DNA of 64,000 nt from Opitutales bacterium (GCA_965197745.1 CBDANS010000007.1:1628306-1692305), one strand, 5' to 3'; shown: positions 31,849 through 42,241, counted from the first letter of the stretch. The notes: generated by a model from the sequence alone, not told the origin. Numbers and translations: made by a program.

Positions 31849-32604
31849 ATGAAAATTATTTCATGGAACGTAAACGGGATTCGTGCCGCTCTGAAAAAAG
31901 GGTTGCTCGATTTTTTTAAAAAATCGAATCCTGATATAATCTGTCTCCAGGAAATAAAAGCAGCGCCAGACCAGGTAGATATAAAATTAAAATCCGAATT
32001 TAAGCAATATTGGAACCCGGCAGAGAAAAAAGGTTACTCGGGAACAGCCGTTTTCAGTAAAATTATCCCCGAGGAGATTAGATACGGGATTGGTGTTAAA
32101 GAGGGTGATAGTGAGGGGCGAGTCACAACTTTAAGCTTTCAGGATTATTTTCTGGTGAACGTCTATACCCCTAATGCCAAGAATGATCTATCCCGATTGA
32201 AGTTCCGGGAAAAAACCTGGGACCCTTCATTTTTAAAATATCTCAAAAAGCTTGAGAAGAAAAAACCTGTGGTATTTTGCGGGGATTTGAATGTTGCCCA
32301 CCAGGAAATCGATCTCGCTAACCCAAAAAGCAACCGGCATAACGCTGGATTTACCGCGGAAGAACGGAAAGGGTTTGAGAATATAATCAAGGCAGGATTT
32401 ATAGATACTTTTCGTGAATTTGAGACTGGTCCAAACCATTACACCTGGTGGTCATATCGGACTAATGCGCGCGATCGCAATATCGGATGGCGGATTGATT
32501 ATTTTGGTATATCTCCCCATTTAAAACCTCGATTGAAAAAAGCTTATATTATGCCAGAGGTCCTGGGATCAGATCATTGCCCTGTTGGAATAATTCTGAA
32601 ATAA
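31849..32604 (+). CDS. xth: Exodeoxyribonuclease III (AP endonuclease)
   Basis: MKIISWNVNG..CLQE, GDLNVAH and SDHCPV motifs. Confidence 0.9.
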   Translation: MKIISWNVNGIRAALKKGLLDFFKKSNPDIICLQEIKAAPDQVDIKLKSEFKQYWNPAEKKGYSGTAVFSKIIPEEIRYGIGVKEGDSEGRVTTLSFQDYFLVNVYTPNAKNDLSRLKFREKTWDPSFLKYLKKLEKKKPVVFCGDLNVAHQEIDLANPKSNRHNAGFTAEERKGFENIIKAGFIDTFREFETGPNHYTWWSYRTNARDRNIGWRIDYFGISPHLKPRLKKAYIMPEVLGSDHCPVGIILK

Positions 32605-32776
32605 GGGCTATGGTGTGCAAAGGCTGAAATATAGGGGTATTCTCTATAATGCTGAGGGTAACTTTTAAGGTATAGAAAACCTTATAAGTGAAGATGGAAA
32701 TATGCTTCAACATTTATTAATCTTTATTTAATCATATATAATTGACCGCTCCCCCAATACTCCCCACTTTTCGGGT

Positions 32777-33925
32777 ATGAAAGCGTCTTTTACCCTGACT
32801 AAAAAGTTAAACCGAAGTGGCACTTATTCTTATCGTGTTCGCGGGCTTTTAAAGCGTAAGAGAATCGAAAAGAGTTTTAAGCATAAAGACCAGGCAAAAC
32901 GCTGGATGGAAGCCAAAGAGTTGGAAGCCAAGTCCGATTCTTTAAAAACACAGATTACCCCGTTGACTGAAAATGAGCTGCGTGAAGCCGAGGTCGCTTA
33001 CCATATGCTCAAAGGTAAATCGTTATTCAGCGCTGTGGATTATTATCTTAAAACCCATAGTGATACTTTAAACGTAAAAAACTTATACGATGCGTATATA
33101 GAATTTTTAGGATCAAAAGAACAGGCCAATGCCCGTCCCCTGACGATTATAGATTTACGGGTGAAGGTGGGGGCTTTTGTCAATGGTTATCGAGAGAGGC
33201 AAGTCAACGAGGTAACCGACCATGAACTACGAAGCTTTTTACACAAACCGGGCTTATCGGGAGTAAGTATTAATAATTACCGTCGAGCCCTCATGGGTTT
33301 TTTCAATTGGTGTAAAAAACAGGAGTATCGATTGGATAACCCGGTAGAGAAAATAGAGATCATTAAAGTTGATCGGAAGCTACCTGAAATCTTTTCGTTA
33401 AAAGAGGTAACGCAATTGATTAATGAAGCTTTAAAGATAGAGGACGGGGCCCTGATACCTTATATTAGTATCGGGTTGTTTGCGGGGCTTCGTCCCTTTG
33501 AAATGCAACGGATCAGCTGGGCAGAGATCGATCTTGATGAAAGGTTAATCACCCTCCAGGGCAAGCACACCAAAAACAGGAATCATACAAGACATGTCGA
33601 CATCTCAGAGAACCTGTTCGAGTGGTTATTACCGGCAAGAGCGAGGATTTCAGCCATTTATCCCTCCCATTGGCACAAGCTTTTTAAGGAACTTAAAGAT
33701 AAATGCAAAATAAAGAAGTGGCCCGTTGACATCATGCGCCACACCTATGGATCCATCCATTACCGTCATTATAATGATATCGGACTGACTGCCGCGCAGA
33801 TGGGCAATTCACCGGACATTATTTTCAAACACTACAGGAATCTTGTTAAACCCAAGGAGGCTGCACTCTACTGGGAAGTACGCCCGAACCCTAAGGAGGC
33901 AACCCGCTTTAAGCAGGTATCTTAA
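32777..33925 (+). CDS. Tyrosine-type site-specific integrase (island integrase)
   Basis: Catalytic RP..E..R (GLRPFEMQR), MRHTYGS (HxxR box) and KHYRN (Tyr). First gene after the backbone ends. Confidence 0.85.
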   Translation: MKASFTLTKKLNRSGTYSYRVRGLLKRKRIEKSFKHKDQAKRWMEAKELEAKSDSLKTQITPLTENELREAEVAYHMLKGKSLFSAVDYYLKTHSDTLNVKNLYDAYIEFLGSKEQANARPLTIIDLRVKVGAFVNGYRERQVNEVTDHELRSFLHKPGLSGVSINNYRRALMGFFNWCKKQEYRLDNPVEKIEIIKVDRKLPEIFSLKEVTQLINEALKIEDGALIPYISIGLFAGLRPFEMQRISWAEIDLDERLITLQGKHTKNRNHTRHVDISENLFEWLLPARARISAIYPSHWHKLFKELKDKCKIKKWPVDIMRHTYGSIHYRHYNDIGLTAAQMGNSPDIIFKHYRNLVKPKEAALYWEVRPNPKEATRFKQVS

Positions 33926-34175
33926 TCAGACTAACCGGTAAGCATTCCGACAAACTGAACTACTTTTTTGGGGATGTTTAATTGTACAGTGCCCCATAGT
34001 TTGTCACCACGTCCAGGTTGAAGATAATAAGCTCATCTAAAGTTCTGGCACTTAGTTTTATCGTTCAGTGTAGATTAATGATTATCGTGGGCTTCATCCT
34101 AATCTACATTTCAGGTCGATTATGTTTATACACCTCATTTCCCGTGGCTGGGGAATGGGATTTTATATTAGTTAA

Positions 34176-34265
34176 TTAGGTCTAATTAGGTCTATTTAGG
34201 TCTAGTTAGGTCTAGTTAGGTCTAATTAGATCTAGTTAGGTCTAGTTAGGTCTAGTTAGACCCAG
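34176..34265. repeat. Nine head-to-tail 10-bp repeats TTAGGTCTA[A/G/T] (iteron-like array)
   Basis: Read directly from the sequence: units start at 34176, 34186, ... 34256. The last two variants are TTAGATCTAG and TTAGACCCAG. Confidence 0.9.
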
Positions 34266-34386
34266 TCTGACATACACAGGCTTTACAGGTAGACACGGTG
34301 TAATATTTGTACGGGTAAACATGGGGTTTTTCTTTGCTTTTCGCTGCCCTTAAGCGGAGCGAAGGATTCCTCAAGTCAAGATATTA

Positions 34387-34599
34387 ATGCCCGAAAATAA
34401 ATACGTAGACATTCGTGGCCTAAGTGAGGCGTTATGGGAGCCAAAAGCAAGACCTCATCCGGTGACGATTAGGAATTGGTGCCGTCAGCGGAAAATTCCT
34501 TACTTCAAAGTAGGTTCGGGTAAAGGGGGGCGAGTCTATTTCGATGTTGATTTAGTGAGAGAACATTTAAAGCAACATCACTTAATTTCACCCTACTGA
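34387..34599 (+). CDS. Small helix-turn-helix DNA-binding protein (excisionase/AlpA-like)
   Basis: 70 aa with the pattern VTIRNWCRQRKIPYFKVG.....YFDVDLV, typical of MerR-superfamily excisionase HTH_17 proteins. Sits next to the integrase and the repeat array. Confidence 0.55.
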   Translation: MPENKYVDIRGLSEALWEPKARPHPVTIRNWCRQRKIPYFKVGSGKGGRVYFDVDLVREHLKQHHLISPY

Positions 34600-34703
34600 C
34601 TAAAAAATAAGGATGAACAGATTTATAAAATTTAGCATGTTCCAGTCGAATTCAAACTTGAAGATTCTGGATAAACGCTAAATCCAATCAACAGGAGTAG
34701 CTT

Positions 34704-35444
34704 ATGACAAAACCAAATATCGCCGGTGACCGTTGGGTAGCCATTTATCAATCGTTTTGTTCATCCAGTATTTGGACCGACACAACACCTATTGGAAAGA
34801 ACCTTGCTCTTTGGTTAATTATTCACGCCAACCACACGACAAAGAATTGGTGTGGCATAAAAATAAATAGAGGCCAGCAATTCAGATCGATTTGCAACCT
34901 TGCAGAGGATCTTTATTGCAGCAGAAAATCATTGGGTCAAAATTTGCGTGAACTCGAAAAACTTGGATTCATTTCATTATCTGAACCGCTTGGAAAGAAC
35001 CGGGGGTTTCTAATCACGATAAAAAATTACTGTACATATCAATTCGATAGCGAAACTGACCACGAAAGTGATGATGATGATGATGAATTAATAAAAGGTC
35101 CAGCTCCAGGTATATTTACGAATGGTGCTATAAATGTTAGCCCAAGAATTCTTCATCACTGGAAAAGAACTTTATTAGAAAATTACTTAAAAGCACTTTC
35201 ACACGAAAACAGTGGTCGAAATTCTAACAGAGCTCTTACGGGTCTTACAGCTTTATGGCTTCATTGTGGGATGCAACAAAAAGTTGAATTTGAGGATATG
35301 ACACCAGAGAAATTTAAGGCGATTGTCGAATCAGATCTTGATCCTAACGATGTGTGGAACGCTTATATCAAAGCCGAATTCATAAAAGAAACCGATAATG
35401 GAATTATCGTCTTAACGGAAGGATTTTTGGAATCCTTAGATTAG
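34704..35444 (+). CDS. Hypothetical winged-HTH protein (possible replication/regulatory protein of the integrative element)
   Basis: The segment LAEDLYCSRKSLGQNLRELEKLGFISL looks like a wHTH. There is an acidic linker (ESDDDDDE). No closer family recognised. Confidence 0.35.
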   Translation: MTKPNIAGDRWVAIYQSFCSSSIWTDTTPIGKNLALWLIIHANHTTKNWCGIKINRGQQFRSICNLAEDLYCSRKSLGQNLRELEKLGFISLSEPLGKNRGFLITIKNYCTYQFDSETDHESDDDDDELIKGPAPGIFTNGAINVSPRILHHWKRTLLENYLKALSHENSGRNSNRALTGLTALWLHCGMQQKVEFEDMTPEKFKAIVESDLDPNDVWNAYIKAEFIKETDNGIIVLTEGFLESLD

Positions 35445-35606
35445 ATCACTACTTAAAACGGAAAAAGTGGATGGGTAAAAATTACCCATTAAAGGTATCA
35501 ATAGATGACTCATCAATGTTCGCTTTGTTGTATTCAACCAAGGCGCATAAACAAGAAGGAAAAGAATTGTAAGAAGGAAAAGAAAGAAAAGAATTGTACC
35601 CCCATA

Positions 35607-35640
35607 ATCCCCCTAAAAAAGGGGGATATATATTTTAAAA
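35607..35640 (+). terminator. Candidate intrinsic terminator
   Basis: ATCCCCC-TAAAAAA-GGGGGAT hairpin followed by a T-rich tract (atatattttaaaatttattttt). Confidence 0.35.
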
Positions 35641-35782
35641 TTTATTTTTATAAGTGGGAGTGGCTTTACAATAGCTATTACACTCCAGAAATCTCTATCG
35701 TTAAGTATGAATTAAAGTTATCTGTTTTCTGAAATGCTATTCCCTATTAAAAAGCTAAGTAGTAAGTTTTTTTCTTTGAGAT

Positions 35783-35952
35783 GATTTTATGAAGCTTCGA
35801 AGCTTAATTTGATTTGCCCGTGAAGGTATCTGAGAGCCTCGAGAAAGGGCGTTTGCATCTTAAGGCAGGTAAGTTTCATAACGATGGGTGATCGTACATT
35901 TTAGAGCCAATAAAATGCGTTTCGTTTTAAATCATTGTTGCTGCCAATTCTT
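35783..35952 (+). repeat. Direct repeat DR-1 (about 170 bp), left copy
   Basis: Aligns by eye at about 80 percent with 37223-37393. Shared core: gcccgtgaagg..tctgag.gcctcgagaaaggg.gtttgcatcttaaggcagg ... gtgatcgtacattttagagccaa ... ttgctgccaa. Confidence 0.85.
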
Positions 35953-36146
35953 ACGATCACCAAGCCCATGTATTTATCGTACGCTTTCCCGATCACTGTC
36001 TATCTCAGGAGTTGTAGATTGCTTTACCCAAGCTTCCGGGGTACGTCTAAGTTTGAAACTTTTTTGGCCCCATTGACAGATTTTATCAAATCATACAATA
36101 TGATTTCCCGTTGTTTCCAAAAGCGAACTACCCCGAATATTTTTAA

Positions 36147-37118
36147 ATGATGAACCGAAGTGTCTTACCCTTTCTGATTGCGCTAATCTCAATGTGCGCG
36201 GTGTCGTCAACGTTCGGCACTGCTGAAGTTCTGTCTTGTGAAGACCACTCTATCAAAGCTCGTGCCGTACGCACACCGGAAGACATTCAGGCGTTCGTGC
36301 AATGTGCTTACGAGTTTGTCCAGGAAGTGGGATTTGATGAAGCCCGTCGGGCCTTTCACGAGGACGTTCGTTGGAAAAGCGGTCCAATCTATGTTTTTGT
36401 CGACGAAGTGACAGTGGTGAGCGATCAGCCTCGAAGCTTTGTCTTCCCGCCCGACCCTTCGAGAGAAGGGCAGCCTTTGGGCTTTTTCATCGACTCCTTC
36501 GGTAACAACATCGACCTGGAAGCCTATCGTATCGCGACCCACTTCGGTGAGGGTTGGCTCTACTACTCCTTCCGCAATCCGGACACCGGCTACGATGAGC
36601 CGAAGGCTTCCTACGTCAAGAGCATAGACTGGAACGGGACTCCCGCTGTAATTGGCGCGGGGATCTACCGGCGCGACATCCCGGGCACGTGCAACAGTGA
36701 AGAGGTCAACGCCATGTTGCTCGATAACGATCCATCCAACGAGAGACTCAAGGAGTTTGTTCGCTGCGCCGCGATGGAGCTTGAAATGAAAGGCTATTTT
36801 GCGATCAACACTTTGACCACGGATCCGCGATGGAAACACGAATCAATCTACTTATTTGCCATTGATACTTATGGCTACACGCTGTTTAGCGGAGATCCAT
36901 ACAGCCAGGGGTCGGGTGTATCTGAATTGAAAGGAACGGTCGAAGAGCATGATTTAGTGAGCGTTGCAGAGGCTTTCGGAGAAAGCTTCCTGTATTACAC
37001 GAAACGCAATCCGGCGAGTGCAATGGAGGAGCGCAAGGTGACTTTCGTTAAAAGGATCGTATCCTTTGGACTGCCGATTCTGATCGGGGCGGGCTATTAC
37101 CTGGATGAGGGTCCGTAA
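36147..37118 (+). CDS. Secreted protein with two tandem single-Cache (sCache_2-like) ligand-binding modules and no output domain
   Basis: Signal peptide (LPFLIALISMCAVSSTFG). Two modules each end in the Cache_2 signature (GEGWLYYSFRNPDTGYDEPKASYVKSIDWNGTPAVIGAGIY and GESFLYYTKRNPASAMEERKVTFVKRIVSFGLPILIGAGYY). Confidence 0.65.
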   Translation: MMNRSVLPFLIALISMCAVSSTFGTAEVLSCEDHSIKARAVRTPEDIQAFVQCAYEFVQEVGFDEARRAFHEDVRWKSGPIYVFVDEVTVVSDQPRSFVFPPDPSREGQPLGFFIDSFGNNIDLEAYRIATHFGEGWLYYSFRNPDTGYDEPKASYVKSIDWNGTPAVIGAGIYRRDIPGTCNSEEVNAMLLDNDPSNERLKEFVRCAAMELEMKGYFAINTLTTDPRWKHESIYLFAIDTYGYTLFSGDPYSQGSGVSELKGTVEEHDLVSVAEAFGESFLYYTKRNPASAMEERKVTFVKRIVSFGLPILIGAGYYLDEGP

Positions 37119-37222
37119 GAGGCCGGGCAAGCTTGCGCGATAACACCGGGAACTCATAAACTCTCCCTGAGAACAATTGAGAGCCCTGTCATGATGTTGA
37201 CGGGGTGGCTCTTTGCGGGGTG

Positions 37223-37393
37223 GATTTTTTGAAGCATCACCAATGATTTGAATTGCCCGTGAAGGGGTCTGAGCGCCTCGAGAAAGGGTGTTTGCATCTT
37301 AAGGCAGGGAATGGTTGTTTCTAACGAAGAGTGATCGTACATTTTAGAGCCAAATTAAGCAGGGTCTTTTAAAATTATTTTTGCTGCCAAACT
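37223..37393 (+). repeat. Direct repeat DR-1, right copy
   Basis: See 35783-35952. Together the two copies bracket the Cache gene. Confidence 0.85.
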
Positions 37394-38249
37394 TTGCCCT
37401 TTGCAAAAATATTTTCCGGTGAGTAAATCGATATATGGACTAGGGAGTTGGTCTTCTGATCGCACCCCCCCCGCCCCCTGTAACCTGATTTGCTCCCAGA
37501 TTGGTTTATTCCCAAATTAGCGGAAACCTGCGATGTCAGACGGCGAACGTTTTCTTGATAGGGATACTCTGAATTATGGGGCGCAGTGCGTGTCGCAATA
37601 GTATGTCAACCCCGGCTTAATCAGGGTTTTAAACTGGGGCTTACCCCTTAATTAGCGTCGTTCTAAGACCGTTAGGAATTTTATGTTTAAATTTAATATG
37701 TTGAATATCAATTATTTACAAATCAACTGGACATAATATCGATTGTGCGGTTCACCTTCTAAGACTTCCTTTTAGGGCCGTCCCTTTTTGTCCGCGCACA
37801 CTGCCGCCAATAACGGTCTGCTCAGGCAACCCAGCAACGACAAATCACCTTTTTTTATGTGTCCACAGGTTGGCCTTCATTGTGGACAACCTAAAACAAC
37901 CCTTAATCGATGGGCATATCGGTAAGAGAGGATCGTGTCGATTTCCCTTCTCTTTTTTAAGTGTGTCTACAGATAAGATTGAAGTCCTGTTTTTACCACT
38001 TGCGCGCGCAAACAACAAACAAAAGAAAAGTTATAAATTTATATATTGAAGGCATCATGATGGCGTCAACCTAACGCAAAAAAAACCGCCCCCTCTGTCC
38101 CGCTCTTAGATTCAGGAAGCTCGAGATCTCCCTGTCCATGTCTCGCAATAGAAATCTGTCATGAGAAACTGTAAAATACAGTTGCGAGGTAATGATTTGT
38201 CCAGGAGCCATCCTTATACTCGATAAATTTGTCTCGTCATACACGACAA

Positions 38250-38337
38250 GATTCTATTAAATGAAGACGAAAGTAAACTGCTTGCTTAATCTAGAAACGC
38301 ACTGCTGCCTAAACTCGTTTCAGGGAAAGTAAGGTGA
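38250..38337 (+). pseudogene. Remnant of the 3' end of a type I restriction-modification specificity subunit (hsdS)
   Basis: The frame ending at 38337 reads ...ALLPKLVSGKVR*, like the conserved HsdS C-terminus (..LL.GK[VI]RV). Upstream it is interrupted by stop codons. Confidence 0.3.
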
Positions 38338-38367
38338 AGGTAGTGGAGCGATGGGAGCTGTGAACCG

Positions 38368-38961
38368 ATGAATACACTTCAAGAGATATTGAATTCCGTT
38401 TTAGCAGATTCCGACCATGACGAGTACTCTGATGATCTGCAAGCAGCATCAACCGATATTATTCTTAGTTATGCCGACCCAATTGCCGACTCTATATTAG
38501 CCAGACTAAAGCAGAATTCACAATCTATGTTGAAACAAAAGTGGCGGGACCAACGACAATTTGAGAAGAGGTTGAAGAAGCGTTGGAGGAGGCCGCTAGA
38601 TCTCCTTAACCTGTTTATATCAATAGCTATAGAAGCCGGTGACGATTTTAACCGTGAGTTCCGCAACGCCGCCGCTCGGTCAAGTGATACTGTATTTGAG
38701 GCACTTACCAGGATGCACGCCAGAGCGTGCCAGGTATCATCTGCCATTCTCGTCCTACTGCGCTCCGGTTATGCAGACGACGCACACGCCCGGTGGCGAA
38801 CTCTGCATGAGATTTCGGTGATAAGCTCTTTCATTAGTGAGCATGGTCAGGAACTAGCAGAAAGATATCTGCTACACGATACCATACAGCGATATAAGAT
38901 GGCATGTCAGCACCAAAAATATAAAGAGCGTGGTCGTGACCACGAAAACTGGTCCACTTGA
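38368..38961 (+). pseudogene. DUF5677-like protein, 3'-truncated by IS insertion (the native part ends near 38936)
   Basis: All-alpha; the core ARACQVSSAILVLLRSGYADDAHARWRTLHEISV matches the DUF5677-type A....R...E pattern. The last 8 codons and the stop lie inside the IS-C left inverted repeat. Confidence 0.5.
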
Positions 38962-38997
38962 AAAGTTAGTCTGGTCCAACTAGAAAGGACACAGACA

Positions 38998-40240
38998 ATG
39001 AAAGGCAAAAGATACACGACCGAAGAGAAAATACGGATGCTGCGCCAGGCGGACAAAGGGAAAACGATCCTGGAAGCATGCCGCGAGAACAACATAAGCG
39101 AACAGACCTTCCACCGCTGGAAACGTGAGTTTGGGATGATTGATGTCAACCAGGCCAAGCGGATGAAGGAGCTCTTTGAAGGAGAACGCGCGGTTAAAAC
39201 GGATGCTGGCGGACAAGATGCTGGGGATAGAGATCCTGCAGGAGACCCTCGAAAAAAAACTGTAAGCCCTGGGCACAAGCGGCAAGTGGCAGAGAGACTT
39301 GTGACTCGGGGCCAGTGTTCGATGCGAGCGGGGTGCCGGTACTTTCGGCTGCACCGTTCCACCTATGCGTATAGGGCCAAGCATCCGGATGCCTGGCTAA
39401 CGAAACTAAAAGCGGCAGTAAGGCGGTTATCACGGCAATACGCGAGGTGGGGCTATCCCAAGATCACGAAGCTGTTGAAGGACGAAGGCTGGCAGGTGGG
39501 TAAACGTCTCGTGCAACGTCTGCGACGTGAACTGGGTCTGGCGATCCCCCCACGCAAGCCAAGACGCCGGCGCAGGGATGTCTGCACCGGGCTACCGACA
39601 AAGGCCGAACATCCCGACCATGTTTGGACCTGGGATTTTATCCACGATAAGACGGTTCGCGGCGGCAGTCTAAAAATGCTGACCGTGCTCGATGAGTACA
39701 CCCGCGAGTGCCGGGTGATCCATGTTGATCGCCATATCAATGCGGAAACGGTGCGCGGTATCATGCAAAAACTGCTCGACCGGCATGGGCCGCCAAAATA
39801 TATTCGTAGCGACAACGGTTCCGTTCCGAGGAGCGAAGCGACGACATGCAAAGCCATTCATTGAAAGCCAATTGAGAGCCTGGCTAACTGCGATGAAAAT
39901 CAAAACCCTCTATATCGAACCAGCAAGCCCTTGGCAGAACGGATACATTGAATCGTTCCATGCCCGTTTTCGCGAGGAGTGTTTAAACCGTGAACAGTTA
40001 TGGACTTTGACCGAAGCCCGCGTGGTCATCGAAGATTGGCGCTGGCTTTACAATCATGTCCGACCCCACCGCAGCCTCGGCAACATCACTCCACGGCACT
40101 TCACTGAAAACCTCAATACCGAAGGCTCGGGCTCCATTCGGGCTACGCCCTCATTGCGCCCAAGCCTTGACTTCCTCTACCAACTTAACTTCAACATTAA
40201 CCTCTCCAGACTAACTCTCCCGGTGGACCAGTTTGTGTAA
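38998..40240 (+). pseudogene. IS-C transposase (orfAB) pseudogene
   Basis: The HTH N-terminus MKGKRYTTEEK.. is out of frame with the leucine zipper (ENARLKRMLADKMLGIEILQETLEKKL is readable only in the +1 frame). The rve core is DEYTRE...SDNGS[34-nt insert]FIESQLRAWL...SPWQNGYIESFH. Confidence 0.8.
39823..39856 (+). repeat. Short intragenic insert, type T2 (34 nt)
   Basis: gttccgaggagcgaagcgacgacatgcaaagcca lies between SDNGS and FIES. It matches the T2 copy in IS-A at 33 of 34 positions. Confidence 0.8.
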
Positions 40241-40242
40241 CC

Positions 40243-41612
40243 CGACCAGCCTGCTGACCCCAATCGGTATAGCGACAGACAAAACATCGGCCCCTTTCTT
40301 CGCGGAACGGATTCGTGCTTGTTCTGTGAAGGCATTCCTTGCGTTCGAAAACCGGCGGGGATGGCTTTTCCCTGATATTCATCATGAAGAACAGCCGTCC
40401 ATAATTGTGTTCACACTGTCCCAGCATCAATTTACTGACTTCGAATTCTGTGTCCGTATCTCGTCATGGGAACAGTTCAACGACTCCAATCGACGCTTCC
40501 GGGTATCCGCGAACCTCTTGAGTGAGGTTAATCGGAATACTGTAACCGTACCGTTGTTCCGTACCATGCGCGACGCTGAACTGACCACAGCGATTTACAG
40601 CCGCCTGCCGGTGTTGGTCGATCGATCATCGGGCGAGGAAGTTAAGGCATGGCCGGTGAAATACTCGACAATGTTCCATATGACCAACGACTCCGGCCTG
40701 TTCCGCACGCGCGAGGAGCTTGAGGAAAAGGAAGGTGCATATCACGTCGGTAGTAACCGCTTTGCCAGTCCGTCCGGAGACTGGGTGCCGCTCTATGAAG
40801 GCAAGATGATACAGATTTACAATCACCGCTACGCGAGTGTTCGTGTCAATCCCAAAAACATCAGTGGGCAAGGGGTGTCCGAAAAAACGGGGGCTGCGAC
40901 ACTTCAAGACCCCACATTCGTACCTGATCCGAGGTATTGGGTCAACACGATGCATATTTCAGAAGACGATCGTGAAAGATGGCGAATCGGTTTCAATGAC
41001 GTCTGTAATACGAACAACGCGCGAAGTGTTATTGCGTGCGTTGTTCCACATGCTGGATTCGGTAATACGCTACCGATCCTTTCTCTTGAGGAGAAGGCAC
41101 CTGATTTAGATCTTGTTCTGTTGGTTGCGAACCTCTGTGCACTTGTTTTCGATTATGTCGCCAGACAAAAAATCCAATCACGGCACCTGAACAAGTACAT
41201 CCTGGAGCAACTCCCGGTCGTCCAGTCCACCCGCTACAAAGCTGTCCACTTTGGAAAGAAGACCACCGCCGAAATTGTCCAAGAGGCCGTTCTTGAATTG
41301 ACCTACACCTCTGATGATATGGTCCAATTCGCTCACGATATGGGCTATGTCGATGAGGCGGGTGCAGTAAAACAGCCATTTTCCTGGAATAAAGATCGCC
41401 GTCTTCACCTACGCGCCAAGCTAGACGCCGTGTTCTTCCATCTTTACGGTGTCACAGACCGCGATGACATCCGCTATATCTATTCAACCTTCCCGATCGT
41501 TGAACGCAAAGAGAAGGCAACTTATCGTGGCGTGTACCGTTCCTGCGAACTTTGCCTTGCCTATATGAACGCTCTTGCCCATGGAAAACCGGACGCGGAG
41601 GTAAAGCTTTGA
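40243..41612 (+). pseudogene. C-terminal part of a large N6-adenine DNA methyltransferase / type IIG-like restriction-modification enzyme (5' truncated by IS-C)
   Basis: Motifs RDAELTTAIYSRLPVL, MFHMTNDSGLF and PLYEGKMIQIYNHRYA are recalled from the C-terminal halves of Eco57I/Alw26I-type methylase proteins. No methyltransferase domain is present. The ORF opens inside the IS-C right end, and its TGA is the first triplet of the next IS-like sequence. Confidence 0.45.
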
Positions 41613-42241
41613 CGTAGGACAGGAATATCCGGCTCTGCACTCTCTAATCGGAACTGATGTGTAGTTGGCGTGAGCTCCGAGGATAGGACCGTTGTCCGTG
41701 AGAGTCTTTCCGTAAATAAGAACGGAAAGACAAATGAAACAGAAGAGATGCACCACCGAGGAGATGCTCAACAATCGTGTATGGAGGAAGAGAATAGAAA
41801 TACCGAGTCGCATAACGACGACATCTTCCAATAGTAAGCTCGTGGCATAAGAAAGAAGCGGTAAAGCAAGTGGTAGCACAAGGGGGTTTCTCGCTGGATC
41901 GAGCGTGCTGGTATCTTCGAGCTGCATCGCTGAACTCATCTCTATGAGCACAGGCAGGAATCTTGTTATACTTAGCCCATGGTGAGCGGGTCATAAGACT
42001 TTCAAAGGCACATTTGCATTACGGTTATCGTCGTATTCATGCGCTGTTGAATAAAGAAAAGTGGAAGGCAAGGCGCAAAATCATGCAAAAAGGGTAAGAG
42101 CGTTGAAGGACTTGAGTGTTAAACCCTTTCGTCGCCTTCAGAGACGCCGAGGGCACTTTACTGGGCTTTCTACTAAAGCAGTAAGGCTGAACCATGTATG
42201 GAGTTGAGATTTAGTTGCGAGCGCAATACATCCGCTCCGAT

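Larger units (their letters stand above)
38937..40242 (+). mobile_element. IS3-family insertion sequence, lineage IS-C (degenerate)
   Basis: Terminal inverted repeats TGACCACGAAAACTGGTCCACTTGAAAAGTTAGTCTGG (left) and CCAGACTAACTCTCCCGGTGGACCAGTTTGTGTAA (right). orfA/orfB organisation with an A8 slippery run at 39252-39259. Confidence 0.8.

Noticed and set aside
32605-32776. A tRNA or tmRNA gene as the integration target at the island's left junction
   Set aside because: No cloverleaf-compatible sequence (acceptor stem, GTTC-type T-loop) is recognisable in the 172-bp spacer.
34176-34265. The tandem repeat array considered as a CRISPR array
   Set aside because: The units are 10 bp and contiguous, with no spacers, and no cas genes are present in the window.
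35505-35732. A 75-aa ORF rich in Lys/Glu/Cys in the spacer after the wHTH gene
   Set aside because: It is low-complexity translation of an A-rich direct repeat (aagaaggaaaagaattgta occurs twice) and it spans a terminator-like hairpin. It is not credible as a gene.
36207-36839. A 210-aa minus-strand ORF antisense to the Cache gene
   Set aside because: The plus-strand product has a signal peptide and two recognisable Cache modules. The antisense ORF has none.
37855-37900. An inverted pair of DnaA-box-like nonamers (TGTCCACAG / TTGTGGACA)
   Set aside because: The two boxes are simply the arms of one hairpin. With one mismatch each and no further boxes or AT-rich unwinding element, it was judged a chance match.
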